Shown piece by piece: positions 12,530 to 27,065 of a stretch of 64,000 nucleotides of DNA. The stretch's first letter is position 1, and every line of letters begins with the position of its first letter. This stretch comes from Octopus sinensis (Eukaryota): the NCBI RefSeq assembly GCF_006345805.1, contig NC_043013.1, positions 10,230,001-10,294,000 of the forward strand. Direction: 5' to 3'. Made by a program: the position numbers and the translations under genes. Below the pieces are notes generated by a model. It saw only the letters and a program-made list of their open reading frames with translations, did not search any database and had not been told where the DNA came from.

Positions 12530-13505
12530 CGACAACAAAAACAACAACAACAACCACAACAACAGCAACAACAACAAAGCAATACAGCACCCCGCCCCGA
12601 TCACTGCCATCACCACCCCACCAACAACAGCATCACTTTATTAGCAAGAACAACTACAACAATAGTAACAACCACACGAATGGAATTTAGAAGGCCACCA
12701 ACACCAGCAACCATACCACAACCATCATATATTGCCAATACCATCACCACCACTAACACCACTACTACTACTACCACCATCATTACCACTGCCATCACTC
12801 TATCACTACCCCGACGACGACGACGACCACGACCACCACCACTACCACCGCCACCACTACCGCCACCACTACTACTAACACAATGACCAACACCACCACT
12901 ACTGCTATCAACACCAGTACCACTGCCACCATCATCACTACCATCACCAGCAACAATAACAATAACAACAACGACATCAACATCATCATCATCACAATCA
13001 CCACTAAAGCAATACAACCACCGTCATCATCATCATCCCCACCACCTTTACCACCAACAGTATCTACTGCCACCGCTACCACAACACATACACACCACAC
13101 ACACACACAAATATATAACCCCTACAACAACCTCCATTCTCTGCTACAGCCACAATCACATACACTATACACCAGTACGTGCCCCCCCCCCCCATACTAC
13201 CACTATCTACCAGCCACCCAACACTTCTGCCAGCATCACTGTTCCCTGATAGCCCCGCTCCAGCCTCCTCCTAAATTACGTCCCGCCGCCAGAGTGCCTG
13301 TCCAGAATGCCCAGCCCACGTCGCATTTTCATAAACTATCTTCTTCAATGTCGTAAACAACCTTGTCCCGTCGTCGTCGTCATCATCATCACCGTCATCA
13401 ATATAATCATCATCATCATCTTCACCATAAGCATCATGCAGCAGCAGCAGCAGCAGCAATACCACCTTCGCCGTCGACATCGTAGTTGATGTCGTGGTTG
13501 TCGTT

Positions 13506-13541
<36 letters not shown>

Positions 13542-13778
13542 GTTGTCGTCGTCATCGTCACTGTCGTCGTCTTCATCACGAATATCAGCGACATCATCAA
13601 TACATTCTTCTTCTTCTTCTTCTTCTTCTTCTTCTTCTTCTTCTTCTTCTTCTTCTTCTTCTTCTTCTTCTTCTTTTTTTCTTTCATTCTTTCTTTCTTT
13701 CTTTCCTTCTCCCTTTCTTGCATGAATCATTCGTTGTTTATGACCACTGTCAAGATATAATACATTTTTGCAACTAGC

Positions 13779-13834
<56 letters not shown>

Positions 13835-13851
13835 CTATCTATCTATCTATC

Positions 13852-13882
<31 letters not shown>

Positions 13883-13885
13883 CTA
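12483..13885. repeat. Compound microsatellite block: (CAA)n, (CAC/CAT)n, (CAG)n, (TCA)n, (TTC)n, (TATC)n
   Basis: Directly visible arrays, interrupted by a unique GC-rich island at ~13245-13370. Confidence 0.9.
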
Positions 13886-13982
13886 TTTTTCTTTGTCCAC
13901 ACACATCCACACATGCGCATACACTTTTACACAGAGATACATATTACACATTTATATATATATATATGTATATATATGTATA

Positions 13983-14039
<57 letters not shown>

Positions 14040-14746
14040 CTCTGTGTATATATGTATGTATCTATATATAGATACATACATAAATGCATATATACATACA
14101 TACATAGATACACATACATACAAACATAAATGCATATATAAATACATACATACATACATCCTCTAAATGCATTGACGTTTCGCGTGTATTACCCTTGGTT
14201 TGTATTTTTGTTACCCTGGAGGTTACTAAAATAACCCATCTCTTCCTTTTCATATTTACCTTCATTAAAATGACTATGACGATAATAATGATGATCATCA
14301 TCATCATCGTCCTGAACATCGTCAACATTATAATCGTTTATTATAATCACCATCGTCATTGATATTGTTATTGTTGTGTTGGCAGAACCGTTAGTAACTC
14401 GGTATAAAATTCTAGCGATATCCCTTCCGACTCATTAATATCTGAGCCTAAATTCTGTATAAACCAGCATTGTCATACATCGTCATTAGGTTGAAAAATA
14501 TAAGTACTGGTTAATTAATGGACTCTATATAATCAATTAGACTCCTCTCCGCAGATTTCAATTCTTGTACCTGCGAGCCGACAACCAGGTAAAATGCTTA
14601 GCGGCATTTTTGCCGACTTCGACTTAGGCTTTTATCATTTGGTGTCGGTAGATTAAGTACCAGTGATTAAGTACACCGTAGCCAATGTAATCGACTTAAC
14701 CCCTCCCCCAAAATTCCAGGCCTTATGTCTATAACAGAAGGGATTA

Positions 14747-14797
<51 letters not shown>

Positions 14798-14997
14798 CAT
14801 TATTATTATTATTATTATTATGTTTTTTCCTTCTTTCTTCAAATTTTCTTCCGTTTCTCGCCGAGTGTTTTCCATACACCTAGGGTAGAAAAGGGCATTG
14901 TATGCATTCCCAGATTACACGCGCAAATTCACAGATAAAATATGTATTTAAAAATCAATAAATAAATAAATTCATGGATGGATGTTATTTTCACAAC

Positions 14998-15035
<38 letters not shown>

Positions 15036-15036
<1 letters not shown>

Positions 15037-16303
15037 TATGTTTGACTTTTGCTTTAATTTGTAGAAGTTGGCTCCAAGTCTCACCCAGAGACCTCAAGAG
15101 ACAACAGGGTTGGAAGTTCATGTTGTTGTTATGCCTAGTGTGCCATATATTTGGGGGTGGGGATGTTGTACTAATGAATGTCTAAAAAAAAAAGTTTTTT
15201 TTTTTTTTTTTTTTTTTAAACCGAAAATTATGGTTGTTTGAAACCTTGAGGTTACATAGAGATTATTTTGCGTAGGATATGAGCAGTTCCCATGAGCACT
15301 ATCTTTTGACTTCTTCTGCCATTTTTGGGTTTCCTGGTATCTGAGTTAGGTAGCTATCAGCCCCTTTTGCTATCATTCCCAGGGCACCTATGACAACAGG
15401 TATTGTTTTAGTCTTCAGCTTCCACATTTTGCTGATTTCTATTTCAAGATCTTTATATTTGCTCAGTTTTTGGTAGGTCCTGACAGATACTTTTATATCG
15501 ATTGGGACAGTCATATCAATGAGGAGGCATGTTCTTTGTTTGAAGTCTTTCAATATGATGTCTGGCCTATTTGCATCTATCTTCCTGTCAGTTTGAATGG
15601 TGAAGTTCCAGAGGAGTGAGATGTGGTCATTTTCAAGCACTGGGGGTGGTTTGTGTTCCCACCAGTTTTTTTCATGGGGCAAATCCAGGTTTTTACAGAT
15701 TACCCAGTGAATATATTGTGCAGCTCTATCGTGCCTGTTGAGATACTCTGTAGGCGCTAGAAGACTGCACTTGGAGACCACATGGTCAATGGTTTCATTT
15801 TGTTGCTTGCATACACGACACGTTGGACTGCTTCTGATCTTTAATATGTTGGCCTGGTAGTTTCTTGTGGTAGGCATTGATCTTGAGCTGCTATGATAAA
15901 CCCCTCTGTTTCAGATTTTAAGCCAGAGGCCATTAGCCATTGATGGGTCAGGGCTTTGTCGATATCTGCATTATTCGCTCTCTTTGGGTATTTGCCATAG
16001 AGAGGTTTTTCTTGCCATTTATTATTCAGAATATCTAAGGCCGCAGTTTTGGCACGGGTTTTCATGCGCCTAGCTTTTTCTGTGCTTGTTTCTTGTATGT
16101 CTATCTCTAATTCCGAAATTGGTTGTATTCGGAATTCACTTAGATATTCCTTTGCCTGTTTTGTGACTGAGTATGATGCTTTCTTGTTTTCATGTTTTGA
16201 GACAAGTTTTAACATCCAGTCCTCAGAGTTTTTCAGGTAGGTGTCTAGGCCAATTGTAGCAATCTTCATTGTTATTGCCAGTTGCAAAAGACCACGGCCT
16301 CCC
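15036..16303 (-). mobile_element. 5'-truncated R4/Dong-like non-LTR retrotransposon inserted in (TAA)n
   Basis: GGRGLLQL..., WQEKPLYGKY, ETEGFIIAAQDQ, CCHC knuckle CRVC..ETIDHVVSKC, RHD, RLE motifs RPDII..LIDMTVP..KLSKYKDL; one frameshift near 15870; (TTA)n on both sides. Confidence 0.92.
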
Positions 16304-16391
<88 letters not shown>

Positions 16392-16464
16392 TAGTTTTAT
16401 TTTTATAGCGTGCTTTCACTTCACTACCGAGCGCAGCTCTGTGTGCCTTGGGTATGTGCTGTGA

Positions 16465-16534
<70 letters not shown>

Positions 16535-16535
<1 letters not shown>

Positions 16536-17330
16536 TTTTTAATTGTAAATTCACTCCTCAGAGCTCTCGAATTCACTTGCTCCAGTTAATTCTGTAAACG
16601 CAGAAAACAATCTGTTGTCAAAATTCCAGGCCTTATATCTATAACAGTAACTACATTTTTCTTCCACTTCTGTGAGGTATAGCCCATGCATGACATTCAC
16701 TTTCCAGTTGCTTAATCTTTGCTTTTCATCTTGTTTCTCAAATTCTTTTGCGTGTGTCAGATATCCGCTCTGTATCGTGTTGCTATTTCTAACTGAAATC
16801 GAAACGAAAACACCATGAACCGTTTCTATGAATACCAGCATTATCATTCGGTGCCGGGTAGAAGATATAAAAAGATATAATACGAAGGAAGTTGCTATTG
16901 AAATTAAATCATGAATGTGCATGCCCACCATTCGGCTGTATGAGCCACTAGTTTTTCTAAATGAGCATATCAGATCGTATTTTGTTCACGGTATCGCTGG
17001 TGATCTGTGGAAGAATGAGTGCTCCTGAGTTCCTCTTGAAAGAACAATTGCAACACAAGAATATTATTGATAAACCATCGACTTATATTTAAAAAATCAA
17101 AGACTACAATAGGAAAATCTGGGAACCATTTGCCTGGTAAGGATGCCAGCAATACTTGGAACATCATCCGGTTTGTTAATGAAAGCACTTTCACTTTCTA
17201 GCATGCATTTCGTTAGTCACCACGAAGCCAACTTAGTCCAAATAAAATCGTGATACACTGTGTAATATGTGCACTCAATATTGTAGAGGATTCAGCGCTA
17301 AATACATAGATTTTTCACTATGGCGTGTGA
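16535..17330. pseudogene. Older decayed R4/Dong-like fragments
   Basis: Minus strand QRLSNWKVNVMHGLYL (W..K.MHG motif) at ~16680-16730; faint plus-strand RT-like remnants at 17050-17320. Confidence 0.4.
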
Positions 17331-18647
17331 GAAATTTAGTTCTGACCAGGTTGTTGTATATTAAGACGACATGGTATCTTGGTAAGCTTTCGAACTGCGA
17401 TCAGAATAGCAAGATTTCGTGTTGGAAAAGTAGACTTAGAAACTGGCTTTCTTGATATGTTCAATGAAAGCCTCGTATATCTATCAGGCATCTTTGGAAG
17501 AATAAATGTAATTGCTCTCTTCGTGCATAACATTATTCCCTAATATATGCTTCAGATATGTGAATGCCTTTACGTTCTGAGTTTTAATCACACCGAGGGC
17601 AACGTTAACTTTCATCATTCCAAGGTCGATAAAAGAGCGCACTAGTCAAACACTGCTGCAGACTTCTCCGTCTTGAATCCGATTCTTGTGCCTGTGTATA
17701 AAATCAATAATCACACCTCACAGATAGAATTATATAAATAAATAAAATACATTGAGATTAGATCAATAAGAAACCAGTGGATTTTAGCATTGACTGGAAC
17801 CTGTGCGTAACCACCAACATTATCAGAACCACCTCTAACACAGTCACCGCCACCACTAGCAACGGTACCACCACCACCAGCACCGGCACCACTAACATCA
17901 GAACCACCAACACCAGCACCACCAGCACCACAAACACCACCAGCATCACAAACACCACTGCCGCGGTGACCGCCAAAATGATTTATGGCGGGAACAAGTA
18001 ACAGTACTATCATTACGTGTAAACTGGAGGGGCATTAATCGTTTCTGTATCGATACCAATACTGTAATTCACTGTACACGCTTTCGGAAATCGTGGCTAC
18101 TGGAAGCCAATTGATTCCTTTTGCACAACGTATTTTATGGGCGTATAAACACTTCTTGCCGTTTTGTTTTTGATTTTTTATTCTGCTCTTCTATAATGTC
18201 GGACATCAGTGCCTACTTATTAAATAGGAATAAAAAAGATAATTGCCGAAGCGTTGCATCGTCACACAGACACAGACACACACATATACAAAAAGAGAAG
18301 ATGGTGAGTGAATTACGTACGTACAGATGCCCAGAGAGAGAGAGGGTGAGAGAGAAAGAGAGGGGGAGAGAGAAAGATAGGGAAAGAGAGAGAGGGAATG
18401 TGAAAGAGAGAAAGAGAGAATGAGAGTAGCTGACGAACAGAGACAAAGAGAGAGAAGTGTGAACGAAAGAATAAGCTGGGGGAAGGCAGTGTTTATGAAA
18501 GCAGAAAGACAGAAATATGGATTGAGGAAAGACCTACGGTCACACGGACAGAGGCATTCTTTCTCTAAGAGAGAGGAAGTCATGAAGAAAGAGAGAAGAG
18601 AGGAGAGATAAGGAGGAGTGAGAATAAAGAAGAGAGAGCGAAAGAGC

Positions 18648-18681
<34 letters not shown>

Positions 18682-18798
18682 GCGAAGAGGTGTGAGAAAA
18701 TCTGGTAACATAAACTTTGAAGGAGAATGAATGACAGGCAGAGGAGTCAGAATCAGTGAAAGACAAGGAATGTGTGTGTGTGTGTGTGTGTGTGTGTG

Positions 18799-18849
<51 letters not shown>

Positions 18850-19039
18850 GTGGAGAAAGAACAAGGAAGAAAGAGACAGAAAGAAGAGAGGGAGACACAC
18901 GGCAGATCATGGAAAGATGCTGACGGAAATTACGTATGTGAACACGTGTACAGGAAACCTCATACACGTTTATACGTTTAGACATTCATGGAAATAGTTA
19001 TAAACATACACATAAGGCTTAAATTCATGCATAAGCAAG

Positions 19040-19080
<41 letters not shown>

Positions 19081-19616
19081 CACATTCAACTCACTTACAT
19101 CCGCACCTATACACAAAACACACATCGACGCACAAACCTAATCGAACTCAACCACGCGGTTATCCCAAAGGACATGTATATATGTGTATTTATCGATGTA
19201 AATATATTGAAAAACCTAAGAGATTTATTGATACTTGTACTTGTACGTATATGCATCTAGCACTTTCATACATACATACATACATACATACATACATACA
19301 TACATACATACATACATGGTATACCATCTTTTGCAAATTTTACACCCACACGTTCACACATAGGCGTATTATAGATTGGTGGCTGAGCACATGCCCTTTG
19401 CCTTCAGTTAAAGGGCATGTAAGAGGGGATTTTTTTTCTCGTAGACTACGTTTTACAGAGAAGTATGTTTTTATCTGTTGTAATTATGGCTGAGTTGTTT
19501 ATTGTTTCAGCGATTATTTTGGGTAGATTACGCTTGGATGTTTAAGTGCTCGCTTATTACGTAAGTGCAGAGGGCATCTGATTATAATTCTTTTATTATG
19601 TAAGAATGCATCAAGA

Positions 19617-19828
19617 ACGGCGAGCTGGCAGAAAAGTTAGCACGCCGTGCGGAATTCTTAGCAGTGTCTCGTCTCTCTTTACGTTCTGAGTTCAAATTCC
19701 ACCGTCGTCGAATTTGCCTTTCATTCTTTCGAGGACGATCAATTAAGTTCCATTTGCGTAATGGGGTTCGATCTAATCCACTGGCTCTCTCCCCCGATAT
19801 TTCGAGCCTTGTGCCTAGAGTAGAAAAG
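19617..19828 (+). mobile_element. SINE, ggcgagctggcag family, gccttgtgcctagagtagaaaag tail
   Basis: Head cggcgagctggcaga, gagttcaaattcc B-box-like, central gcctttcattctttcga; inverted flanks suggest ttatgtaagaatgcat direct repeat as a target-site duplication on both sides. Confidence 0.85.
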
Positions 19829-21635
19829 ATTATGTAAGAATGCATGAATGTATAAACTCATGCTTGTATATATGTATACATGATTATGTCTTTTTAAACA
19901 CACACTTATTTATTGATTCAAAGATCGCTTTATTACAACGGGATTTCAGGGTCAGTTCTGCTGCGTGGCAAACTTGGCGTTTTCAACGATTTGTGAGTAA
20001 ATTTGGTTAAGCAAATCTGCGTGGAATCCAAGCGCATACGTTTATATATAGTTTTGCGTGTGCGACTGCGTGCTCGTACGCGTGTTTGTGCGTGTGCATG
20101 ATAAATTTGGACATTGTTCGGGGACCATCAGGAGCTGCCTCAATTTATTTGGTATCCGGGAAGCTTCGAAGGATTACGGCTTACCTCTGCCCTGATTTTG
20201 TATCTGACCCACGACTATACTCAGAAACTGCGTTGCATACTGTTCCTTGTATGATTCAGGATAGTCAGGGTAGTTTGGATATTTTCCGAATTGGGTCCTG
20301 CGTATCTAGTTCTCTTTCCTAATGATTTGGCTGGAGTGAAGGCTCATGTTGGTCGACCACACACCTCATGGTCACGGTGGATAAGGAAGTCTCACATAGC
20401 GATGGAGACTAACAAGGATACTGCTTGGAAGGCTTTCTGGGATGTCACGAGTAAATACTAACAAATGGTTGATGCAGCGATGCACAGCAGCACATGCGCC
20501 AATACCTGACCTTTCTGACCTATGTTCCTATCTATAATAAGTGCTGTAAAGGATGCGCCTTCTCAAGAGCTGTATCTGAATTTCATGCTACTTTCCCTGA
20601 GGCTTTGACGAACCTTAAAATTGCAGCGATATCGCTTAGTTTCCAATTTTTAAACACATTAGAGTGTTGCTACCAGAAGTTGTTGATCTTAGTGATTGGC
20701 GAAGGCAGTGAATCTGGGGATCTTGAGTGAATGCATGTAGATTTTATATGCAATTACGTTTTGACATTTGAAATTTACGTTTCGCTCTACTGGTGGACGA
20801 TAAAATATAATCTTGATGGGGAAGGTATATATTTCATGGGCTTCGGGTTTCTGTCTAAATTGTATGGTATTTAGTGGTGGATTTTCGAAATCACTTCGCT
20901 TCATTGAATGCATATTATCAATATATTTATTGTCGAACCGTTATGATATGCAATGTAAATGTACAAAATTACACACATCATAAATATGAACATTGACACA
21001 TATAAGTACATATATGTATATGTGCGGGTGCCGGGGTAAGAATGTATACATATATAACCACACACATACAGTTGGCCAAATTTTACGTCTACCGAACATA
21101 CATACACATACATACGTGTGTGTGTGTGTGTGTAAATAAAAAGAATGTAAGTAGTTGAGTTCTACATCTGTTTCAAAAGCATAGCGGGTGAATCTTATAT
21201 AACATTATGTATGTGTTATACCCGTCCGTTGTATTTTTTCATCAAACAAGTGTGCAATTTTAGTACTGGTGAACGCGAAAGGAAGACAAAGCTGAGACTG
21301 AGATAGTAAGATAGATAGGAGTGTGGTATCATTTCGTTACCAGCATACTCAAATTATTGTGTGGCTTCAGTGGATTATTATCTTATGAAAGTTCCATAAT
21401 GATAGGAAGCAAGGGCCTAATATAAGAATGTACACACACGCGCGCGAGCGCATACACACATACACACATACACGCACAAGCGCACACATACATATGAATG
21501 TATCTATGTGTATACTCTCTAAGTGTTATTGCATGTATGTTCATATATGATGGACACTAGTTTTATCTCATTTCTTCAATGTTACCTGATGCAACACAGA
21601 ACTTAAGAGAGCAAGGAAGATTTCAACATAAGCTG

Positions 21636-21895
<260 letters not shown>

Positions 21896-21973
21896 CTATC
21901 TATCTGTCTGTCTATCTGCTATATATGTACGTACACACGTACGTACATACATACATGTATGTACGTACATATG

Positions 21974-22034
<61 letters not shown>

Positions 22035-22817
22035 GTGTGTGTGTGTGTGTGTGCGTGTGTGAATGTTTATATAAAAGAGAAATATATATATATGTGTGTG
22101 AATGTGAATGCGTGTTTCTACGCACGATTGTATGTGTACCTTTTTTTAAGCGTACACATGCGTATGTGTACATTCACGTACATGTGCATTTTAGTTTCAA
22201 ATACCTTTCCTATTCGCTCTGAATAAATACTAGACAGACAATGTTCATATTGACACACTCCTTCCAAAGCCAGCCACATTGAAGTAACTCTATCTCCGGA
22301 TAAAATATGTTTCTAAGGATTTTATAGGTAGCATTCAAAGGAAAGAAATTTGGCAGCTGAGCAAATAGAAAAGGAAAAACTTGGGTGAGATAATGGATTT
22401 TCTGAAGACGCGGTTCTGAGAATATATGGCGCGTGACACAAAATATATAGGTTGCAAAGGAGAGATCTTGTTGATATGAAATAGTTTAAATGGACTTAGT
22501 GCGCCATGGGTAACTACAGAGTACAAGCAGGCAGCGTTTTATTATTTTTAGATTCAACTCAGAGACGATATAACACGGGTGGAAAAGGACACACCCAGAT
22601 GTTTGGTCAGTTTTAGGCATTTGTGTGTTTTGTACTTAAGGAGTGTTTATATTTATACTCACATATACAAGGATTCAAGAACACACACATGCGTATACAC
22701 ACACACGCTCACACATACACACACGCACGTGTGTTTATATGTGTATGTGTGCGTCTTTTATTATCAATATTTTTATGCGTTTGTCTACGCGTAACTTATA
22801 TGCGAGTATATATACAT

Positions 22818-22852
<35 letters not shown>

Positions 22853-22876
22853 CACATATATACATATATATATATA

Positions 22877-22957
<81 letters not shown>

Positions 22958-23345
22958 TATATATATACATACATATATATATATATATGAGTGGAGGGAT
23001 GTATCCATATGAGTATATAAACATATGCGTATATGTGTGGGTGCACACACACACAGGCACACACACACATATATATAACTGTATGTATGTACACATAGTT
23101 ACATATTCTTGTATAAATACGTATTATGTATATACGCGTGAGTTTCTGCCTGTGTCTGTGTCCATGCACGTATGTGTCTCTCTAGCTTTACGAATATATC
23201 TATGCGCATGCGTGTGTGTCTGCATGCGTGTGCGTGTGTGCCTAGACACACAAACACCGAGTCTAAGCACGCTAAACATCGATATTAGTAGTTCTGTTGT
23301 TGTTATTATTGCTGTTGATTTTTTTATTGCTGTTGATGTTTCTCT

Positions 23346-23400
<55 letters not shown>

Positions 23401-24312
23401 CATTATTATTATAACAATGCAATATTGTTATATCAAGACATAAACATTACTTGCTCTATCAATATTTCATCACAGCTAAATTGTTACGCCAGTAAAACTT
23501 TATTGGCTATAACAAACGTCTATCCATAAACGTCTACGCGACAAACAAAATGGCTGCTAAGCAAAGGGTACAAGGCTATAGGCTAGCAAAGCCAACACTA
23601 AAGAGGAGAAGGAAGATGGTGGAATAAGAGTGAAAAATATTGTTATTTGCCGATTCAGATTTTAAATCTTGTTCTCACCAGAGCGAGTTAGCAACCTTAT
23701 GAGCTTTCTGTGATGGGTCACTCAACTTTGTCTTTTATGTAAGCCGAAATGTTGGAGTCACGTTTCCATTTTCAGCATATAACTGTCATGGTAAAACATC
23801 AAATTGTTAATAAAACGTAGAAAGTAAAATGTCTGATACAGGCACAAATACATGCAAGCATGGACACATATATAATGGCTGTTATATGGAAGTAAAAATT
23901 TAGCAGACCGATCAAGCCAGTTTGGTCAGTCTTGCCGTACGACATTAGATAGATAACTATGACAAAACCAGAAGATATTGTGAGTGCCAGAAATTTGTGT
24001 GTGTGTGTGTGTGAATTTTGGCTGGCCCAGCTGGAGTATATATATGCTTTACAGTTTCGCTTCTTTATCCTAGAATAAATTTTACAATATTTTATATAAT
24101 AAATAAATGCAAATTGGGGCTTCCATATAGAAATCACTCATTATCCAGCAAAAAAATTAGGAGGTAGGGCTATCAAATCGTGTTGCAGCAACAATGATGG
24201 TGTCCTATCATGTCCACAGCTCACAGGCTGATACACATGAACGAGGAGTGCTGAGCAGCGCACACGATCCTCAACAATTACTTCGAGGCTGCTGAAAGAG
24301 AAAGGAGTATAT

Positions 24313-24351
<39 letters not shown>

Positions 24352-24355
<4 letters not shown>

Positions 24356-24740
24356 AATATTAAGGAATAAATCCAAATTTACAGGAAAATCAGATTTAGG
24401 ATTGAATCCAATTTTATAGTAAAATATTATATAATATTAATTAGAGACAAAACCACTATTATGCAAATCAAACAAAGAAAGACTTAATCCAATACATAAA
24501 AAACTTAATTTTATTTAATTTATATAAAATTTTTTTATGTATTGGATCAAGTCTTTCTATCTCTTATTATCTCTTATTATAAAAGGCAGATTTTATCTGC
24601 CTCCCTTTGTAAGTTATAGAAATCTACAATATAGGATTTCTTCAATTACAATTTACCTAGCATTTTTAAGTGTAGAATGCAACGGGTCATGCCAGGTCCA
24701 GTTTTTAAAATTTAAACTCCAATTAAGCAAAATTTACAGA
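24352..24740. mobile_element. AT-rich repeat abutting (TA)n with internal hairpin, probably PLE-derived
   Basis: Related to 10815; inverted arms 24477-24503/24531-24557. Confidence 0.45.
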
Positions 24741-25350
24741 AAACTCACATTCTGGTGTGTATGTCAAATGCTTTTCTTAGTCTGGTTTCAGCAACACGCA
24801 AACGCACACACACAGTGTGCAACGAATAAAGTGAAACTAGATGTAATATTTGTTTCTGTCTATCACGCTGATAGATACATGAGTAAAATGTATGGGAAGC
24901 TAACAGATAAGAGTGAGTGAAAATGTTCTTGGAAGAGAGTAAATTAGCGACAGAGTGATTTGAGGAAGACTAAACTGAAAGTATGAAACAGTGTTTATGT
25001 ATAAACAGACGACACTTATATAAACCCTTTCGTTACAAACCGCCCGAATTTACCTATTCATATTTAAATGAGAATATCAGAGGAAATCTCTTTAGTACAT
25101 TCGTGAAAACACGTATTATACTTCGTAAACACTTCAAATACAATTTTGTACAAAAATCGAAGTGTAATTTTAATTCCGTGAATTATGGGAGATTTTTTTC
25201 CGAAATTTGTTCCTATTGTGTTTTCAAAATTTGTAATTCTGACAAAAAATGGATACGAATTTCATTATATCAAGCAGCGAGTCAGAATTCGAAGGATTTT
25301 CTACTGAAGACCTTCATAAATCTAACTCTATGACTGAAAAAAAAAAAGCA

Positions 25351-25746
25351 TCTTTATATAAGAGTGAAGTTGTGTGTCTGTCCCCTTCGATTTAGATTCG
25401 TAACTACTCCCACATTTTGCGGTGCAGTTTAACCAAAAGCGGGTATCTTATAGTCGTGATTCATATCGAGCCCTTCTGGGTATTAGCGCGCGTCTACGAT
25501 GAGTCTACGATTTAAAAAAAATTTACCATCATATTTTTCCATTTTAATGCATTTTTTTCGCTTTTATATAAGGGAAGTAACTCTCTAAAAATATCTACGA
25601 TGTGTCAACGATTTAAAAAAAAAATTTACCTTAATTTTTTTTCAATTTTTAATGCATTTTTTTGCTATTTTTTGGCTATTACTCTCTAAAAATGCTTATA
25701 TAGTTATTTCCCTTACAACCCGAGCAACGCCGGGCGATACTGCTAG
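25351..25746 (+). mobile_element. Non-autonomous Helitron
   Basis: 5' A|TC, subterminal hairpin cccgagcaacgccggg, 3' CTAG|T, no target-site duplication. Confidence 0.8.
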
Positions 25747-25749
25747 TAA

Positions 25750-26087
25750 TATATATATAAACAGCAAAATGTATGTTTGTCTGTGTGCGTGTCCTTTATA
25801 CAAATCCACATTTTTTTCAGTTAGAGGGCTCGCACTTTCTATGGTCATTCAAAACAATCCAAGGGTAGTCGTGCACATCTTTACATTTCCCCAGTCACCC
25901 CGAAAAGCCATTAAAAAATCAATATAAGTGACTTTTTTGTGAATTTTCTATTCAAAACCCAATCAAAATGCTCGAAATTGAATGCCAGCTAGCTGTATGT
26001 GATTGGTCGGAGATTTGGACAGTACTCGCGTGTATGTGCGCACGCACGCAGCTGTATAAGCATGCACTAGCACTATGACCCGGCAAA
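25750..26087 (+). mobile_element. Second Helitron-like element, 3'-truncated
   Basis: 5' tatatataaacagcaaaatgtatgtttgtctg resembles the other Helitron 5' ends; ends in tagcactatgacccggcaa, matching the terminus at 49063-49100. Confidence 0.55.
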
Positions 26088-26149
26088 TCAAGTGTGAAAC
26101 ACGTCATCCATCATGCGGTGTCCGTTTGCATTGATGCACTTTTGAAGGC

Positions 26150-26836
26150 ATTCTACGAAGTTGGCCTCCCCAGCATTGCTCTGTCAATTTGAGCGACATT
26201 GCTCTCTTGGATTTCCAAGAACCCATACCGACAGTTATGTTGATTCACCATGCCATTGAGATGAAAATGAGCTTCATCACTCATTAACAAAATGAAGTTG
26301 TCATTTGGCTCAAAAATTGCTTCCATATGACCGGGAAAGTTAAGCCCCTGCGCATGGTCCCATGGCTTCAATTGTTACCCAGTGACAAATTTGCACGTTT
26401 AGAAATGCAAGTCTTCATGCAAAATACGCCTTATCGAACGAATGCTTCCGAGCAGAACGATTCGGACTCGTTATCAATGCTTGTCTGACGAGTTCGTGGT
26501 GCACCCACCGGTCTCCTATTCATTAGTGTACCTCGTGTACGAAGTGCATTCACCCAACGTAAGATTGAATTACGGGTGGGAAACAGCCTGATTTCTGTGA
26601 ATGTTGAAATGGCACCGAAACTCGTGTTGAAGTGCTGTGACGGACTCGTTATTCTTCACATAAGTGTCGTAGGCAAACGCTCGATGCTCCACCGTCCACA
26701 ACGTCATGGCTTCAACTAAAGAGAAAAAAAAATGCTAAAACACTACGGACAGAATGGTATTTGTAGGACACATATCCCTCCCCCTGGGGCTGCGTAATAG
26801 CCACTTTAAAAGCGTCCGTTCCTCTCTTCCCCACCC

Positions 26837-26838
<2 letters not shown>
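26150..26838 (-). mobile_element. Truncated Tc1/mariner element with decayed transposase
   Basis: TA|CAGGGTG end at 26838; MTLWTVEHRAFAYDTYVKNNESV N-terminus; LMSDEAHFHLNGMVNQHNCRY first catalytic Asp motif. Confidence 0.8.
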
Positions 26839-26874
<36 letters not shown>

Positions 26875-26875
<1 letters not shown>

Positions 26876-27065
26876 AATTTACAGAAAACAAACGACTAAA
26901 ACAGGTGAGGAGAACAAGCTGGTATATTAGTTTGAGGCTCTGGCAGAATGGAAAAGCCTTTGACATTTCGAGCCTAAGCTCTTCAACAGAAAGGATTGAG
27001 ATGAAAAAAAAAATGGAGGGAGAAAGAAAAGAACGGAGAGAAAAAATGTGTTGGTATTAACGGAA
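26875..27065 (-). mobile_element. PLE-like terminal-repeat fragment
   Basis: Homologous to 35232-35428; carries a hammerhead variant; 3' end at (TA)n. Confidence 0.65.
26957..26994 (-). ncRNA. Minimal hammerhead variant, CUGUUGA core
   Basis: ccttt-CTGTTGA-a gagc ttag gctc-GAAA-tg-TC-aaagg. Confidence 0.6.

Noticed and set aside
20130-20730. GC-richer segment that may be a transposon relic
   Set aside because: No identifiable motif or intact frame.
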